Part shown: positions 1 through 13,936 of the stretch, piece by piece | Layout: each line of letters starts with the position of its first letter | Position numbering within the stretch: position 1 is the stretch's first letter | Assembly: GCA_015680685.1 (NCBI GenBank) | Contig: MNCI01002748.1 | Coordinates: 464,856-528,855, forward strand | Length of the DNA: 64,000 nt | Source of the DNA: Gnetum montanum | Lineage: Eukaryota > Plantae > Gnetophyta | Direction: 5' to 3' | Made by a program: the position numbers and the translations under genes | The notes under the pieces: model-generated | Seen by the model: only the letters and a program-made list of their open reading frames with translations | Database searches by the model: none | What the model was told of the DNA's origin: nothing

Positions 1-80
1 CCATCTGTGGAGTTTGACCAGATCGCACATGTGACGTTCGTTTCGTATGGTTGAGTGTAGGGGTAACTCACCACTCATCA
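1..80 (+). mobile_element. 3' end of an Athila LTR (same family as Ath-3/Ath-4), inserted antiparallel into the accessory ORF of Ath-1
   Basis: Bases 1-80 are the reverse complement of the LTR terminus TGATGAGTGG..CCCCTACACTCAACCATACGAA seen at 30145, 35413 and 36845. It ends ...CCACTCATCA at 80, and the sequence from 81 resumes homology with ~39105 onward. Confidence 0.9.
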
Positions 81-1595
81 TTGGGGATATCAAAGATATT
101 TTGCATAACTTGGCCTATCTATAGTAGTCGATACAAGATATATTCATGTTTTGTTGGGGTCATGGATGTTCCAACTATCATTTCTATATCTTTAGCTCTA
201 GTGATGTTTGTCGGTGACACAATGAAAACATTACATTATTATTTAATGTGATATCTGATCACATTTGTTGCTCTTGCTACATCTTGATGTTGCATCACCA
301 TAACTCTGGCTAGTTTTCTAATTTCTAGCATAACTTGGAAACCTGCAACATTCCCAAAAATATACTATAACCACTATTCATCATTTTTTCCTATAAAGAT
401 ACTTGACCACCAGAAAGTCTTGTTGATATAATAGACCTTATGGAGTTATCTTTTACTCTATGTAATGCAAAACCTTTGCTTATTTCCCAACTAATGATTT
501 CTGCAGTCTGCTACAAGTGGCTCATAGAAGGTCTATAGTCAAGTTGTGTTGTTTGAGCACTCTGTTTAGGTCTATCACATTGATCCACTGGATCCTACTT
601 GTTCTTACCATGTTCATAGAATATTGTATTTGAATGTTGAATTTATTGCTCTCTTAGTGTCTACTAGTTTTTGTAGTTGATTGGTGGCATTGGCTTAGAC
701 ATCTCATCATATGATGCATTTTTTACTTTATGTAAAACATCATTTATATACCCTAGAATTCTAGCTTGATTGCACAATATTTTAATAAGGTAAGGGAATG
801 GAACTGTGAGTTTCCCTACCTTCTTTTCTTTAAACCTTTTTTGAATTTCCAAGAATAATAAATAAGCTAGATTTACATTGAATTTCCCCATAAGGATGGC
901 ACTTCCTCTTACAAGATAGGTGACGATTCTATTTAATATTTTGATAGAAAACATGTGATAAGTTTCTATCTTAAAGTATATCTTTTCCTTAGTAGATAAT
1001 TCAATCTATTTGTTATCCTCTTTACCATGTACTCTTTGTAGCTATAGCTTCTTTACCTCAATGTTGGATCTAGAAGAGATCTATGCAATATTTGCTTTGA
1101 CATTGGAAATATTAAGTTCATTATTGATAGCTTCCATGAAGTAAGGAATAGAGACCCCTTCTATTTTTATGATGGCATCATCTTATTTATTTTTCTAAAA
1201 CTGCTAACCTTCTTCTAAGTACCATTCACCATTACATGAAAGAGTTGGCCATAGAGGAGAGGCTTGGATTTGTGTTTGGACATTCTCAAGTGCAAAATTC
1301 ATGAATGATCTAAAATTCAATTCCAAAATCACTGTAGACATAATTGATTTTTCTTGGATTACTTGGAGATATTCTGTTGACAATGTGATGTGCTATCCTT
1401 GTTCTACAATTGGTGGTGCTTCAACCTCTACCTACACAGAGTGTTTAGTGTCATGTGTTTGTTAATGGATATTGAAGGATTAGGCCTCCTACTTTGTTTG
1501 TGGATTTTGTTCTCTCACTTATTCTTTGCATTAACCTCTTGGTGTTAGATTTTTTTCTATGAGGGTCCTTCTTATATGGGTCTTTTAGAATCCAT
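81..1595 (-). pseudogene. Accessory (env-like / putative plant transposon protein) ORF remnant of Ath-1
   Basis: ORF 664-954 contains VPFPYLIKILCNQARI, homologous to LPFPYLIRKLCRRAGI of 39467-40645. The start context TGATTGTAG-ATG at 1595 is conserved. Confidence 0.85.
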
Positions 1596-3819
1596 CTACA
1601 ATCATCAAGAATTCATTTGAGCATGTCCAAAGATTTTTAAATAGATTTCTAATGGTTTATAATACTTTCCAAGTTTTAAAAATTAATCACATGCCTATCC
1701 TTATTATTTCTTATAGCTCTTATTATGATTGCAAAGTTAGAAAAATATCAAAAAGAAACCCTTATTATTTGTATCTTTGATTGTTATGACCTTTCACAAG
1801 TGTTATTTTGTTTCTTCTTGTGTGTTTAGATGAGTAGTTAAGAGGTGTGTTTAGATTTATTAATTTCTATTTTATTAGTTGATCAAGATTTTAGTTGATA
1901 ATTCTTATTCTCACATTTAATATGCTCTTCTGAGCATTAGAGAAATTTGGCTTAAATTGACTCTTCTATGCAAAATACCCTCCTCCATAAATAAGTTGGT
2001 CATTCCATGATCAAAAATGTTTAAGAATTACGTAATTTGGAGCTTTGGCAAGAGAGTTATGGTGTTTGGAAATTTGGTTACGAGAGGGTTAGAAAAAATA
2101 GCATGAACTCCCCTTGCTAGAAATAAGAAGAATGAAAAAATTCCTAACTCCTTACACATATATATAGAATTTTATAATGGTGACATCATAGATGCCACAT
2201 CATTGCTGAAAAATTTTGATTTTTATGTAATTTTGGATGAAAAAATTAGGTTAAATTGATAGTTTGGAATATGTAGAGATGATCTAAAGTAATCTTGATC
2301 ATAGATGATGCTCACAATATGAGGTTTTGGTGATAAAAGATCATGAAGAAGGAATCTTTGGTAAAGAAAGTCAATGAGATGTATAAGAGATGGTAGTAAG
2401 GATTTCCAAAATTATGATCAGTTCTGAGAATATAGGAAAGTGAAATTTGATGGTTGAAGTATCTTGAAGACATAAGATGATGTGGAATTGATCATTAGGT
2501 ATGAAGCATAAGAGTTATACAAGTGGGTTCTTCCCAAAGCAGGCTTTTGCCCTTAATGCCCATGTGTAATCACACTTATAAGTATCCATAGGCACTTGAG
2601 AAGTTGAATGTAAAACATGCCTATCTCACAAAAAACACATTTTAGTATCACTAGAATGAGAAAATAGCACTATATTATATGAAACCATAGAATTATGATT
2701 ACATATAACAATGAGGTGGAATAGAAGTAGAAAGGATTGCAAAAATTGGAATGTGAGATGTCTTACCATAGGCATAATGCATTCTTGTGTGATATATATG
2801 GTTAAGATAATAATTAGCCTTTTAATTAAAGATTCAAATCAAGTCCATACCACTTACCATTGACATCACATTGCATCATCCCAAAACTAACAACCACAAG
2901 ACTACCATCGTTGCAAGGAATATTAACACTTGGCAATGAAGTTTAAGGAAGTAGTTTATTAGGAGCATACTTTTTACTTTTTTAGATTTCCAAGAAGCCT
3001 CTTACCTTCATGAATGGGTAATATATCTTTCTAATGGGATCCATAGAAATCTTTATTCCATGCATTTATTATATTTTTATTGTATCAACCTTAACAGAGG
3101 ACTACCTTTCAACATGGGTAACATTTCTTTCTGGTGACATGGTAAGGTAGCACTTATTGAATACGCACTTTGGCTTTTTGTTATAAATCAAGGAAAAAAT
3201 ACAACCTTGACAATAGGATAAAACTTGTAATATCCTTAGAGAATCCACAAATCCCCTTGATGTCACACCATTTTCATTCCCACTTGGTTCTTCACTCTTT
3301 TATCTATGAATAATGATTACAAGTTTATTTTATTTTTATTATGGAGAGAATATCATTGTGGACATTGTAAGAACCTATTATTATTGGAACTGAGTGGATG
3401 GATGATGTGGTCTCAGTGTATATAGAATCAATCTTTCAATGATTTGATAATATAGGGCAATATTTTAATTATTGGAACTGCATCTTCTTTTATTCCTTGC
3501 ACTTTATTAGAAAAACCAAAAAAAATATGAATAAAAAGATGATGAAAAATTATAGAAAAATGATAAAAATAGAAAAATGATAAGTACAAGAAAATGTAGA
3601 AAGAATTTAAAAGGTATCAAAAAATAGAAAATTATTATGAAATGAGAAAAGTATAAAAGAATTGAAAAGATATCAAAGAATGGAAAAAAGTAGTAAGAAA
3701 AGAAAAATATTCAATTCCTAAGTATCCAACTAGATATCCCCATAACTATTATTGAAAATGGTTAATGGAAAGATGAAATGGGTTAAAGAGGCTTTGAAAG
3801 ACAAGGTAGAATCCATAGG

Positions 3820-6800
3820 GGAGTCAAGATGTTCATAGAAAGGTTTAACTTGTTGAATATTAATGAATATAAGTTTTTGTGGACTAGTTGGGTGATAGAT
3901 CTACATGGTGCCTACTTGGTAGGTTTCATGGACGATATAGGGTCCTTCCCATAAGGTTTGAAACTTAATGTTCTATAACACATCATTGTAATTGTAATAG
4001 AGGACTTTATCACCTAGTTGGATTAATACTTATATTATTCGAGCATCATGCCTATATTTAGAATATTTCTTATGAACCTTATTACTCATAAAAGCTACAA
4101 GTTTATTTTCATCTAAAAGGTTAAGATTCATGAGATGTTTCTTTTAAGCTAAGTTTAAGTCTAGGTCAAGTACACTAGTAGTGACTAAGGTTTGGAGTTT
4201 TTCATGGATTAGTAGTGTAGGACGTTTTCCACAAACTAGTTCATAAGGCAAGTATCCTATTGGAAGTTTCCATGTGGATCTATGTGTTCATAGAGCATCA
4301 TTTAGCTTAGTGCTCCAATCATTTCTAAATCAACTAACTATTCTGGTTAATATTCTTATGATTTCATGGTTAGTTACTTCTACTTAACCATTTTCTTGGG
4401 GTCGTATGATGTAGTTAACTTATTATTCAACCCAAGTTGTTGCATTAGCTTTCTGAATGTAGCTCCTATAAAATGAGTCCCATTATAGGATATGAGCATA
4501 TATGGTAATCCAAATCTATTCACCATGTATTGTTGAAAGAACTTGGCTACTATTTTGGCTATGAAATCCTTAAATGTATTTGCTTATGCCCACATGGTAT
4601 AATAATTACTTGTTACTATGATCTACGATTTCCCATTAGACATTGGTGTGATGGATAGCATGAAATTAGTTTCCTATATATTGAATAGCTTCAATGGCTG
4701 TATCCATTGTTTTGAACCTTCATTTCTAGCAATTAGTCCTCCATCACGTTGACATATTTCACAAGATTAGGTAGCCTACCATCCTCAACTTCAATGCTAT
4801 GCTGTTTCCTACATAATGACCATCATATGGTCCCTTATGTATATCTTGTAGAGTTCTTTGTTGGCTCTGTTTTGGAACACACCATCTTAGTAGTCCATTT
4901 TTCATATCTTGTAAAGATTCCCATTGATTTCCATATACAATTTAACTTAATAGAGGAATTACTCCTTTTGTTTCTTATTCCACTTAACATGAGCTCTTGT
5001 GTAGTAAGGTAAGTTAGGTAATTAGTAATCCATTATTTTTCTATTGAGTTGATAGCCATTATTGTTTTTGTAAACAAATTTGCATCGAGAAACTAGTATG
5101 ATAATGGTTCATCCTATTGTGTTTCCCATTTTAGTCTTAACAGATGATCAGCTACAACATTTTCAATTTCCTTCTTATCTATCATAGCGATGTCAAACTC
5201 TTATAATATTAGAAGCCATTATATCAGCCTGGGACTGATCGTTGGTTTATTCATCAAAAATCTAATGGCACTATGATCTGTGTGGACATAAATAGAATAC
5301 TCGAGCACATAATGTCTAAACGTTTCTAGTACATACACTGTATCCATAAGCTTCATTTTTGTAGTAATGTAATTAATTTGTGCTTTAATGATGCTTTGAC
5401 TGGTGTAGTGTATGTAATATAGTCTTTTCTGATAATCAAGGTGAGTGAGTACTACTTCTTGTGCATAGTTTGAAGCATTTGTCACAATGTGAAAGGGCTT
5501 AGATCAATATGAAGCTTAAAGGATTAGTGTTTCAATTAGCTTTTATTTTAATGTCTCAAATGCCTTCTCATACTATTTTGTCCATTGGAATGGTGCATCT
5601 TTCTTTGTAAGTTCTACTATCAGATTTGCTATCCTTGAAAAATTATCAATAAATTGTTTGTAATATATTATATGACCAAAGAATGATCTAATATCCTTAA
5701 TAGTTTGTGGCCACTAGGTGATATTTTAAATAACTCTTATCTTGTTAGGATCTATCTCTATTCTTTTTTGAGATATTTTATGTTCCAAATCAATACTATC
5801 TTGGATCATTAAATGGATTTCGACCAATTAAGATTTAGCTTTGTTTCAACACATCTTTTCAAAACTTTCTTTAAGCAATCCAATGCTTGTTTAAATTCTA
5901 GGCTATATGCGAAAAAGTCATTTAGGAATACTTCCACTCCATTGCTAATCTATTTTTGGAAAATACTCAATAAAAGTGCTTGGAAGATATCCAAAGCATT
6001 ACAAAAGTTGAAAGACATTTGCTTATAGTCAAACATCCTCCATGGATTGGTTAATGTTGTCTTCTCTTGATCTTTTGGTGCAATGCAAATTTGGCTATAC
6101 CTGCTATATCCATAAAGGAAACTATAGTAGAGATGTCCTAAAATAGCATCAAGGACTTGGTCAACAAATGATAAGGGAAACTGATCCTTGAATATTACTA
6201 AATTCAACAATCCAAAGTAGATGCAGATCCTCCACTTGTAGCCTTTCTTTGGGATAATGACTAAGGGATTGACCCATTCATCATCTGCTATTAGATAAAT
6301 GAATCCTTCTTTTAATAGTTTTTCCAATTTTTATTTAACCACTACTTTGAGTCTAGGATTTAGTCTTCTTTGTGGTTGGTAATGAGATTTGATAGTTGGA
6401 TCTATATACATTTGGTGTTGGCATGTGCATGGATATATACTTGTTATTTTATTGTAGGACCATGCATATGTTGTTGGTCATTTATTTACCATTTTCAATA
6501 ATATTTCCTTTTTCTATGTATCAATATTGAAATTAATAATTAACAATTTCCTATTGTTCATAAAGGCATATTCTAGTACCTTCAGTAGGACTTTCAGTTC
6601 TAAAGGTTTTGGTTCATACTTTTCTTGGATCTCTAACTATCCCCATTCAATGTGTTCTCCTTAATATGATTATACATAGAAATGTTTCCTTTTAAACCAT
6701 TCTAACTTGTTAGTTTCTTCAATATAGGCATTGATAATTTTATTTAATGGTTCCATGAACATATTAGACTCTGTTTCTTTTTTAGTATTTAGTCATTGGG

Positions 6801-7400
6801 TGCTTTCTTATTTTGTCACTACTGCATACAAATACTATTGCACACATATATCTTCTATACATCAATTTCATGTTATATTGGCTTCATCTTTTATGGCCCA
6901 TATTTTCTACACATAATTGCATCCATTATCATTGTATGCAATACTTGGAGCCCGATGTCTCTGTATAATTCTAGTTCATCTTCCTTGAAAATTTCCAAAT
7001 AAAATTCTTTGATCTTTAGCTTAACATCCACAGTGTTAAGCCATGCTCTTTCAATAATGAAATGAAATTCTTCTTAGTTTTTCCTTACATGTATGACAAG
7101 AAAATTAGTAAGATAGGACCATCCACTTATGGTGGTGATAACATGTTTCACTTGCCAAAGTGGAATAATGATTAACTGAGCTGCAAGCTCTAGTCAAATA
7201 TTACTCTTCTTTAGTGGAGGAGGATTCTAGATTTTATACATGTCTTGTGAAATCAAATTTACTTTTGATCTAAAATCTAGTAAATCTTTGCATGGTTTGT
7301 GACATGATATTTGAAGATGTACTAAGGGACTTTCTGGGTCTATTCTCTTCCTGGGAAGTTATCCTGCCTTGATCCAATGCATTATAGTTTGAGTGAACAT
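3820..7400 (-). pseudogene. pol: pol remnant (aspartic protease, RT, RNase H, integrase) of Ath-1
   Basis: RT: EWVNPLVIIPKKGYKWRICI..KDQFPLSFVDQVL..GYSRYSQICIAPKDQEKTT (5950-6327). RNase H: TNASNYA..VHTDHSAIRFL (5219-5485). Integrase-like sequence at ~3820-5000. Confidence 0.9.
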
Positions 7401-9600
7401 GATAGTGGTCAAATTTAGATCTATAGAATGTGAAAGCTTGGTGTTCTCTTAAGGAGTATGTGTGGATGGGTTTGATGTAGGTGAAGTTCCCATCCTTGAA
7501 CCCTTCTTGGATTTGTTCTAAAAGATGAGCATTTCCTAGATCTAGGTTCATTTACCAACACATCCTCTTTTGTATTAACCATCCTAGTAGAATTCTTTTT
7601 TTGTGGTTGTGTTTACAATTCTCCTTTCATAAATAGTGGTGGCATTGGTGGTAGGGAGTTTAGAGGTTTGATTGATGAACCAAATGTTGAATGATGTACA
7701 TAATAATTGGGATCCATTCACACAGTATTGGATCTATGATACTCTAGTGGATACTAATGAGAGGAGGTATGGATTGAAGCATTTGTCAAAGAGATTGGAC
7801 ATTGAATGTAATATCCATAAGGACTTGATTGCCTATATGAATATTGCTACCTTGGTAGTGGCATTCCTTATAATTGTGATTGTTACCATTACTACTAATA
7901 GTACTCTTGTGGTTGAGGGTAGGCTCTACTTGGATAATATGATGATTGGTAAGGTTATTGGAAGTTACCTTGTGGGTAGGCTAATCATCTTAACATATGT
8001 TTCTTCACAAATGTTAGGTTGAACATGCATGCCCCAAACTCTTGCAAGCCATAATAGGGAAACATCTCTTAGGATGTTCATATTGCATATTTTGCATCTA
8101 TTTTCATCTTTTGAACTAGAGTTTGTGAACTCCTCAACTATAGGAAATTTTCCTTTGTGTTTATAGTTCTCTCATCTATTCTCTCTTCTTTTTTTTCCTT
8201 TCTTTGTTCTTATTTAGAACTTTTTTAGTATTTTCCTCTATGATCTTAAGTATAGTAGCAAAATTTTCATCCACTAAATCCCACATTTTCTCTACTTTTT
8301 TTGTAATGTCATTGACTGATTTTTGGATGTATAGAGCCTTTTTTTTGGATGGCATCCTCTAATGTTTCTTCTTCTTGTCTTTTGCACATTCTCACATCCC
8401 TTTTTCTCATGATAGGATCTCAACTGTACTCTTCTTTTGGTTCTCCTTTTTTTTAAAAAAAAAAATTTCTCCTTCTTCTTTGACCACATAGTCTATTAGT
8501 CTTTGGATTTGATGAACTATCATTTTTGATAATTTTCCTTAGACATATACCCCAAGATTTTCTTCTATTTAATTTCATAACCCATCAATAATGTGTCCTA
8601 GTTACTCCATTTGAGAAAAACCATGGATTAGGCACCTATTTAGTAATGAATAATATCTACACATTATCGTGTTAAAGGATTCATATGTCCCTGACTTCCA
8701 TTCTTGAATCTATTTTCTAAAATTGGATACTCTTAAATAGATTTGATATTTATCGTTGAAGAGCTTTAGCATGGTACTTCACCTTTATATTAATTTTGGT
8801 TCTAAAGTTTTGTACTAGCTTTCTACTTCTTTGATAAGTATTTTGGAAAAAAAAAATCAATTTCTACCAATTAGTTTCAATGTTCTAAAGGACATAGGCA
8901 TTGTGAAATGCTTGGAGGTGGTGTTGTGTATCTATGTTGTATATACCTCTAAACTTGAGAATGTTGTTCATATCTAATCACTTAATGTGAGTATCCCTTA
9001 AATTCCTGGTAGAGATATATACTATTTCTCTTATATTAATCATATTACAAGTGGCCAATAGATGTTCTTCATGATCTTCATATTTGTAAACTCTATTGTA
9101 GTTATGACCCTTGTGTTGCTCATAATGCTCTCTTTCTTCATGATTGATCCTGTTTCTTCTTTGTTCATAATTATCTTCATCTTTATTAGGATACCTTATT
9201 AAATGTGCATGTCTTTCAAGTTCTTCTCATATTTCCCTATCATAGCCTCTTGGTCTTTGTTCCTTCTTGTAAAATTTCACAAATGAACATGAGGAGGAAG
9301 AAGAAGTAGTTAGAAAATGATGTCATTTGGTTCTCCTTTTGTGACTCTATGATTCATTCTCTTTAGGTTTTTTGGAAGCTTTAGGCCTTGAGTTCCACCT
9401 AAGTTTGGAGTCTTTCATATCTTTCCTAGGTATTTCAACAAGGACTAAATACAATTGCATTTTTATATGCTCCTCTAAATGAATGATTAGTTTCTATGAA
9501 TGAGATTCATGGGTTTGGTGGAGTTCTTCCATTATGAATGTATCATCATTTGTTTCTTCTATGAGAACAATGTGAGGTACTTTCATTTCTTTGTTACACT
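7400..9600 (-). pseudogene. gag: gag remnant of Ath-1
   Basis: Collinear homology with the gag regions of Ath-2/3/4 (YEHP zinc-knuckle region ~8040-8100, gag core ~8500-9000). Confidence 0.7.
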
Positions 9601-9601
9601 C

Positions 9602-10200
9602 TGATGAGTCATGATTTGTGTGGCCTTGACATTGAAGCCTTAACATCAGAGCCTTGACATCGAAGTCTTGACATTGGAGCCCTGACGTTGGATACCCAAT
9701 GTTAGAGATGTGAAATTAGAGCTGTGACATTGGGTATGCAATGTTGGGGTTTGGATGCGACATTGGGTATGCGACGTCGGGGTATGCCATGTTTTGTTAC
9801 TAGAGTAGCTGAATTCTTGCAATCTTATTCTATAATATTAGAAAATAGTCAATGAGTGCCCATAGAGTGGATCTAAGGTAGTTGTATGAAGTCTTATTCG
9901 ACTAGCAATGTACCTTGACATATTCCATGAGTGGCAATAATATCAAGCTTGATTCTTATTTATTGCAACACTTTGACTTAAATTAGATTTACTTTCCATG
10001 AAATTTACTTTTTATGTACTTAGTTAACATTTACTTTTTTATGCATGTTAATTTATTAAGAACATAAGTACGATCACTTTGAGCATGTGTATGACTCTTG
10101 GTAATCCTAGAAACTCTTAATGTTTGGTAAGCCAGTAGCATTATATGTGTTCAAGATGTGCATAGGAAGTGGGATCGGATATATATGTTAGGGTAGATGA
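9602..10200 (+). mobile_element. Truncated LTR of a related Athila subfamily, antiparallel to Ath-1
   Basis: Starts TGATGAGTCATG, the reverse complement of the Ath-3 terminus CATGACTCATCA. 9850-9980 aligns to the reverse complement of 37500-37620. The right end is not resolved. Confidence 0.75.
9622..9790. repeat. ~13-bp degenerate tandem array (GCCYTGACATYGRA grading into GCGACRTYGGGTAT) in LTR U3
   Basis: About a dozen imperfect units are directly visible. Confidence 0.8.
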
Positions 10201-10581
10201 TTATTAATTAGCAATTAGATTATTTAAATTGATTATAAATTAAGTTCAACCTATTGTTAATCATAGAACAATAAATTTTTGCTAATAAGTATCTTTGCCT
10301 ATTTCCTTATTATTTTTCCTCTTTTTATCTTGATTACTTGATTCTACTTTCTTTATCTTTTCCTCTATTATTTTAAAGTTGGTTGTAACTTTGTCATTCA
10401 TCAACTCCCACATCTTATCTATTCTTACTTCACTTCAGTGATAGAATTTTGTATTAGCAAGGATTTATGTGAAATCATCTCATCAAGAACTATCTCCTCT
10501 TCCTAATCATAAATATGGATCTCCTTCTTATGAAGACTTGGATCCTAGTTATATTCATCTACACTTTCCCTTTGATATAGC

Positions 10582-11419
10582 TAATGAGCAATGAGTAGTT
10601 CCTACACCTAACCATATGAATCACTAGTGTTCACTAAGCAATCTGATTGAATTTTTCAGACTTTAGCTCTCTAAGTACACTAGATGTAGTGAATTTAATG
10701 GATGTGATCATTGTCTTCTCAGTTTCACTTATGAAGTGCAAAGTTATGGTTAAGTGTAATTGAGACATGATTTTTATCATTTTATGTTCATTTTTTAATT
10801 CACCTAAGTGCCAAAAATAAAGTAATTAATGTTTAATTAATCTAATAACTAACTAGTGCTAAACTAATCCTAACATAAGCATTCATTCCTACTTTCTGTA
10901 CACATCTTGAACATGTTACAATGCTATTAGGTTACCTAGTGTTAGGTGCTACTAGGATTACCAAGCATTAACGTATGCTCAAAGTGGTCATACTTATGTG
11001 CTTTAATTATCACTATGAATTAACTAATGAAATGCACTAAAGCAAAGTGTTTGAGTAATAAATGCATAAAGTAAACATTAGGTTAAGTGAAAGTGCTATA
11101 AGGTTTATCAAGAAAGTTTATCTTTATTACCATTCACACTAAGGTGCTTAGGTACAATAGTTCTTGAATAAATATTCGTACACATCTCAACTCCTACTAT
11201 AGGCACTTAGAAAATATTCTAACTTTGGAAACACAAAATTGCGAGTTTGGCTAGCTACTAATGGATTGATGTCATAAATGTGGTAGATGCACACATTTAT
11301 ATAGGTGATAGAGGACACTACGTCAACATGTATGCATGAAACTATACATCGATATAATCACATCGATAGAATTACATTGGCAAGATCCCATTGATGCAAC
11401 CCATAGACACGATTCATCA
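10582..11419 (-). repeat. 3' LTR of Ath-2
   Basis: The start TAATGAG..CCTACACCTAACCATATGAA is homologous to the other LTR termini. It ends TTCATCA, followed by a degenerate copy of the PPT-side sequence (TACCTTCATGACTAAATGAAAATTCATCC). Confidence 0.8.
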
Positions 11420-11639
11420 TACCTTCATGACTAAATGAAAATTCATCCTGAAGTGATAAAAAATAGACATAAGTTTCTTACAAATTTTTGGAAGGTATGG
11501 GATTATTAACTACTACTCACACATAAACAAACATAAAAAAACACTAAATACCCAAGTGTACAAATTTATAATCATTATAAAATTTGGTGTTCATGACAAA
11601 AAAATTGTACTCTACGACAAAAATTGATAGCACAACTCC

Positions 11640-13936
11640 TATGATGGCTTTAAGATGAGGAAGAAAACTAGATAGTTCCAGGTAGTGGAGGTTCCTAAAG
11701 TGCTAAAGGACCTTCTCCTACCTCTGGTGCATGCAACTATTGTGGTTGAGGCTATGATTATGGTTGTCTAGTTGTAGCTATGATTGCTAGTGGAAGATGG
11801 AAAGCATCTAGTAATTCTTTTATCTTATCCTCCATACTCTAGGGATCGTACATAGTCCATGCAACATCACCAATGTGGCCCAGTAGGGGCACATCCCATG
11901 AATAGGGCATTGCAAAAAACAATTCCTTCACATTGATGAACCAAGCTATGAATTATTTGCATTCAATGTTGAATGCTTTAACCATGTTTTGTAACTCCTG
12001 GTAGTCATTTAACCTTCTGGCTAAGTTCTTAGTTGTTGATCTTTGATTAGTGAAGCATTGCCTAAGAACATCAAGTTTTGCATTTGTTGTTTCAAGCTTC
12101 TACTTAGTCTCCTTATGGTCAGTAGACCTCATACAATAGGTACGAGTTGGCCACTTACTTCTCCAAATTTGACCATGGCCTTTCAGTAGTTAACATTGCC
12201 AAGTTTGCATAGTGAAGGTTGGTGAGCTACATGTATTTGGTCATCTCTTCAATCTATAGCTCCTTGAGGAAATTTCAGCTTTGTTACATTTATTCAATCC
12301 ATCAAAGATGGGCTACCATATATCACCTACTTGTTGGGGTTGCTGGAGGGCCTCATTCACCTTTGCCTTTACTAGTTGAATGTGTTTCTCATTGATTTTC
12401 TTATGCAAGCCAACCTAGTCCTTGTAGCAGTTCTTAACCCATTCAATTTTTAGGGCCTCATTCTTCTAGGTAGTGATTTCAATTGTAGATCTTTGGCAAA
12501 GGGCATAGATCTTCTCCATTAAGAGATTAAAGTTCTTGACTCATACCTATACTATAGGAATGTTTAGGACCTTGCCCAATTGATCTATCACCACCTCGAC
12601 CACCATTTCTTACCCTTGGTGTTGCATCACCAAGAAATTCATCCCATCACTTTTCTCCAAGTGCACCAAGAAGGTAGTGGCATTTTCAAATATTTTTGGA
12701 AATTGTTGGATTTCTAGAATAGATACCGTTACCTATTGAGCACTTGGATTCAAGCATGTAGACACTTGTGTTTGTTGGGTAGAGAAGGTTTGCATTGTGT
12801 TATCCAACCAAGTTATTATACAAGTTACCTTGTTCATATGGCTCAAGGCTGATCAGTAGATAGATGGATCACCACTTGAACTAGCTTGCTACTACTGCAA
12901 GAGTTGTTCTTAGAGATTTTGCATGCACTCCATGGCAGCACGTGCCTTCAACATTGTTTTATGAGTGGATGGTGGTGGTGGCTGCTCCTCTTTCTTGGTC
13001 ATGGTAGGAACCTTATCCTTTTCTACCCATGAGATAGTATGAGCATGTTTCAATGTGTTATTGGTGTAGTGAGCTATGCCTTCCCTTTTGCATAATTTCT
13101 GGATGAGGCATGAGAAGGGGAGTGTCTTCTTCCCATGTTCATTTTCTTTAAACCACTTTTGTATCTATAGATAGATTAGTTGAGAGAGGTTAACATGGAA
13201 TTGCTTACTTAGAGTTGCACATGCATGGATAAAGAAGGCAGTCACCTTGTTGGGCCTCATCATTAGATTAAGATGATAGGCTACTAACTTGAAGTATGTA
13301 TGCTCCATCATGGTGAGTTCATCATACAATTTATGGTCCACTTCATAGCATTGGTGGACCCACTTTTTTTGACCTCTGGGTCTACTTATGTAGAGATCTT
13401 TGTTAGTTTTGTCCTTGCTTTAGGCAATCCAAGGACCTACAAGATGGCTTCCACCAAGTAGGACACACTTATGTCCTTGATTTTCATGATGGTGTTAGTC
13501 TGCTAGTTGTTCCAAAAGAGATAAATCTCTTGTATGTATTACTTTTCATTTGAAGTGATGATTGGCCACATGGAAGAGCTTTGTAGCTACATTTTGATAT
13601 CATCTAGGGTAAAGTCTAGGAAGTACTGAAGTTTAATTCTTGGAGAACTGAACATTGGATATCCCTAGAATGAATTTGCCTAAGATAGGCATCAGTCAAT
13701 GTGACCTCAAGTCTTGGCCTTAGTCTTGGTACCTCATCTTGGTAGGACTACTCTATTTCATCTTGGGGAATTTGAAGGATAGATTCCACTTTGGGCTTTT
13801 CCTAAAGATGTCCTATTGCATGGGTTTCTGTTGCCTACTCTTGGGGTTATTCTTGTCGATCCCTTCCAATTCTAGGCCACTTGTCCCTTGGTTGGGATGG
13901 TCCTTCTTTCTATGGGAATTTTGATCTTTTTAACAT
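11640..13936 (-). pseudogene. Accessory ORF remnant of Ath-2 (full extent, many stops)
   Basis: The start context TGTGATTATAG-ATG is at 13936. Sequence near 13080-13130 encodes an LPFSCLIQKLCKREGI motif matching Ath-4. Confidence 0.8.

Larger units (their letters stand above)
81..9601 (-). mobile_element. Ath-1: degenerate, formerly autonomous Athila-like Ty3/gypsy internal region (gag-PR-RT-RH-INT-accessory ORF), cut at both ends by LTR insertions
   Basis: Domain order on the minus strand is Ty3-type. Non-coding blocks are shared with Ath-2/3/4. Many stops and frameshifts. Confidence 0.9.
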
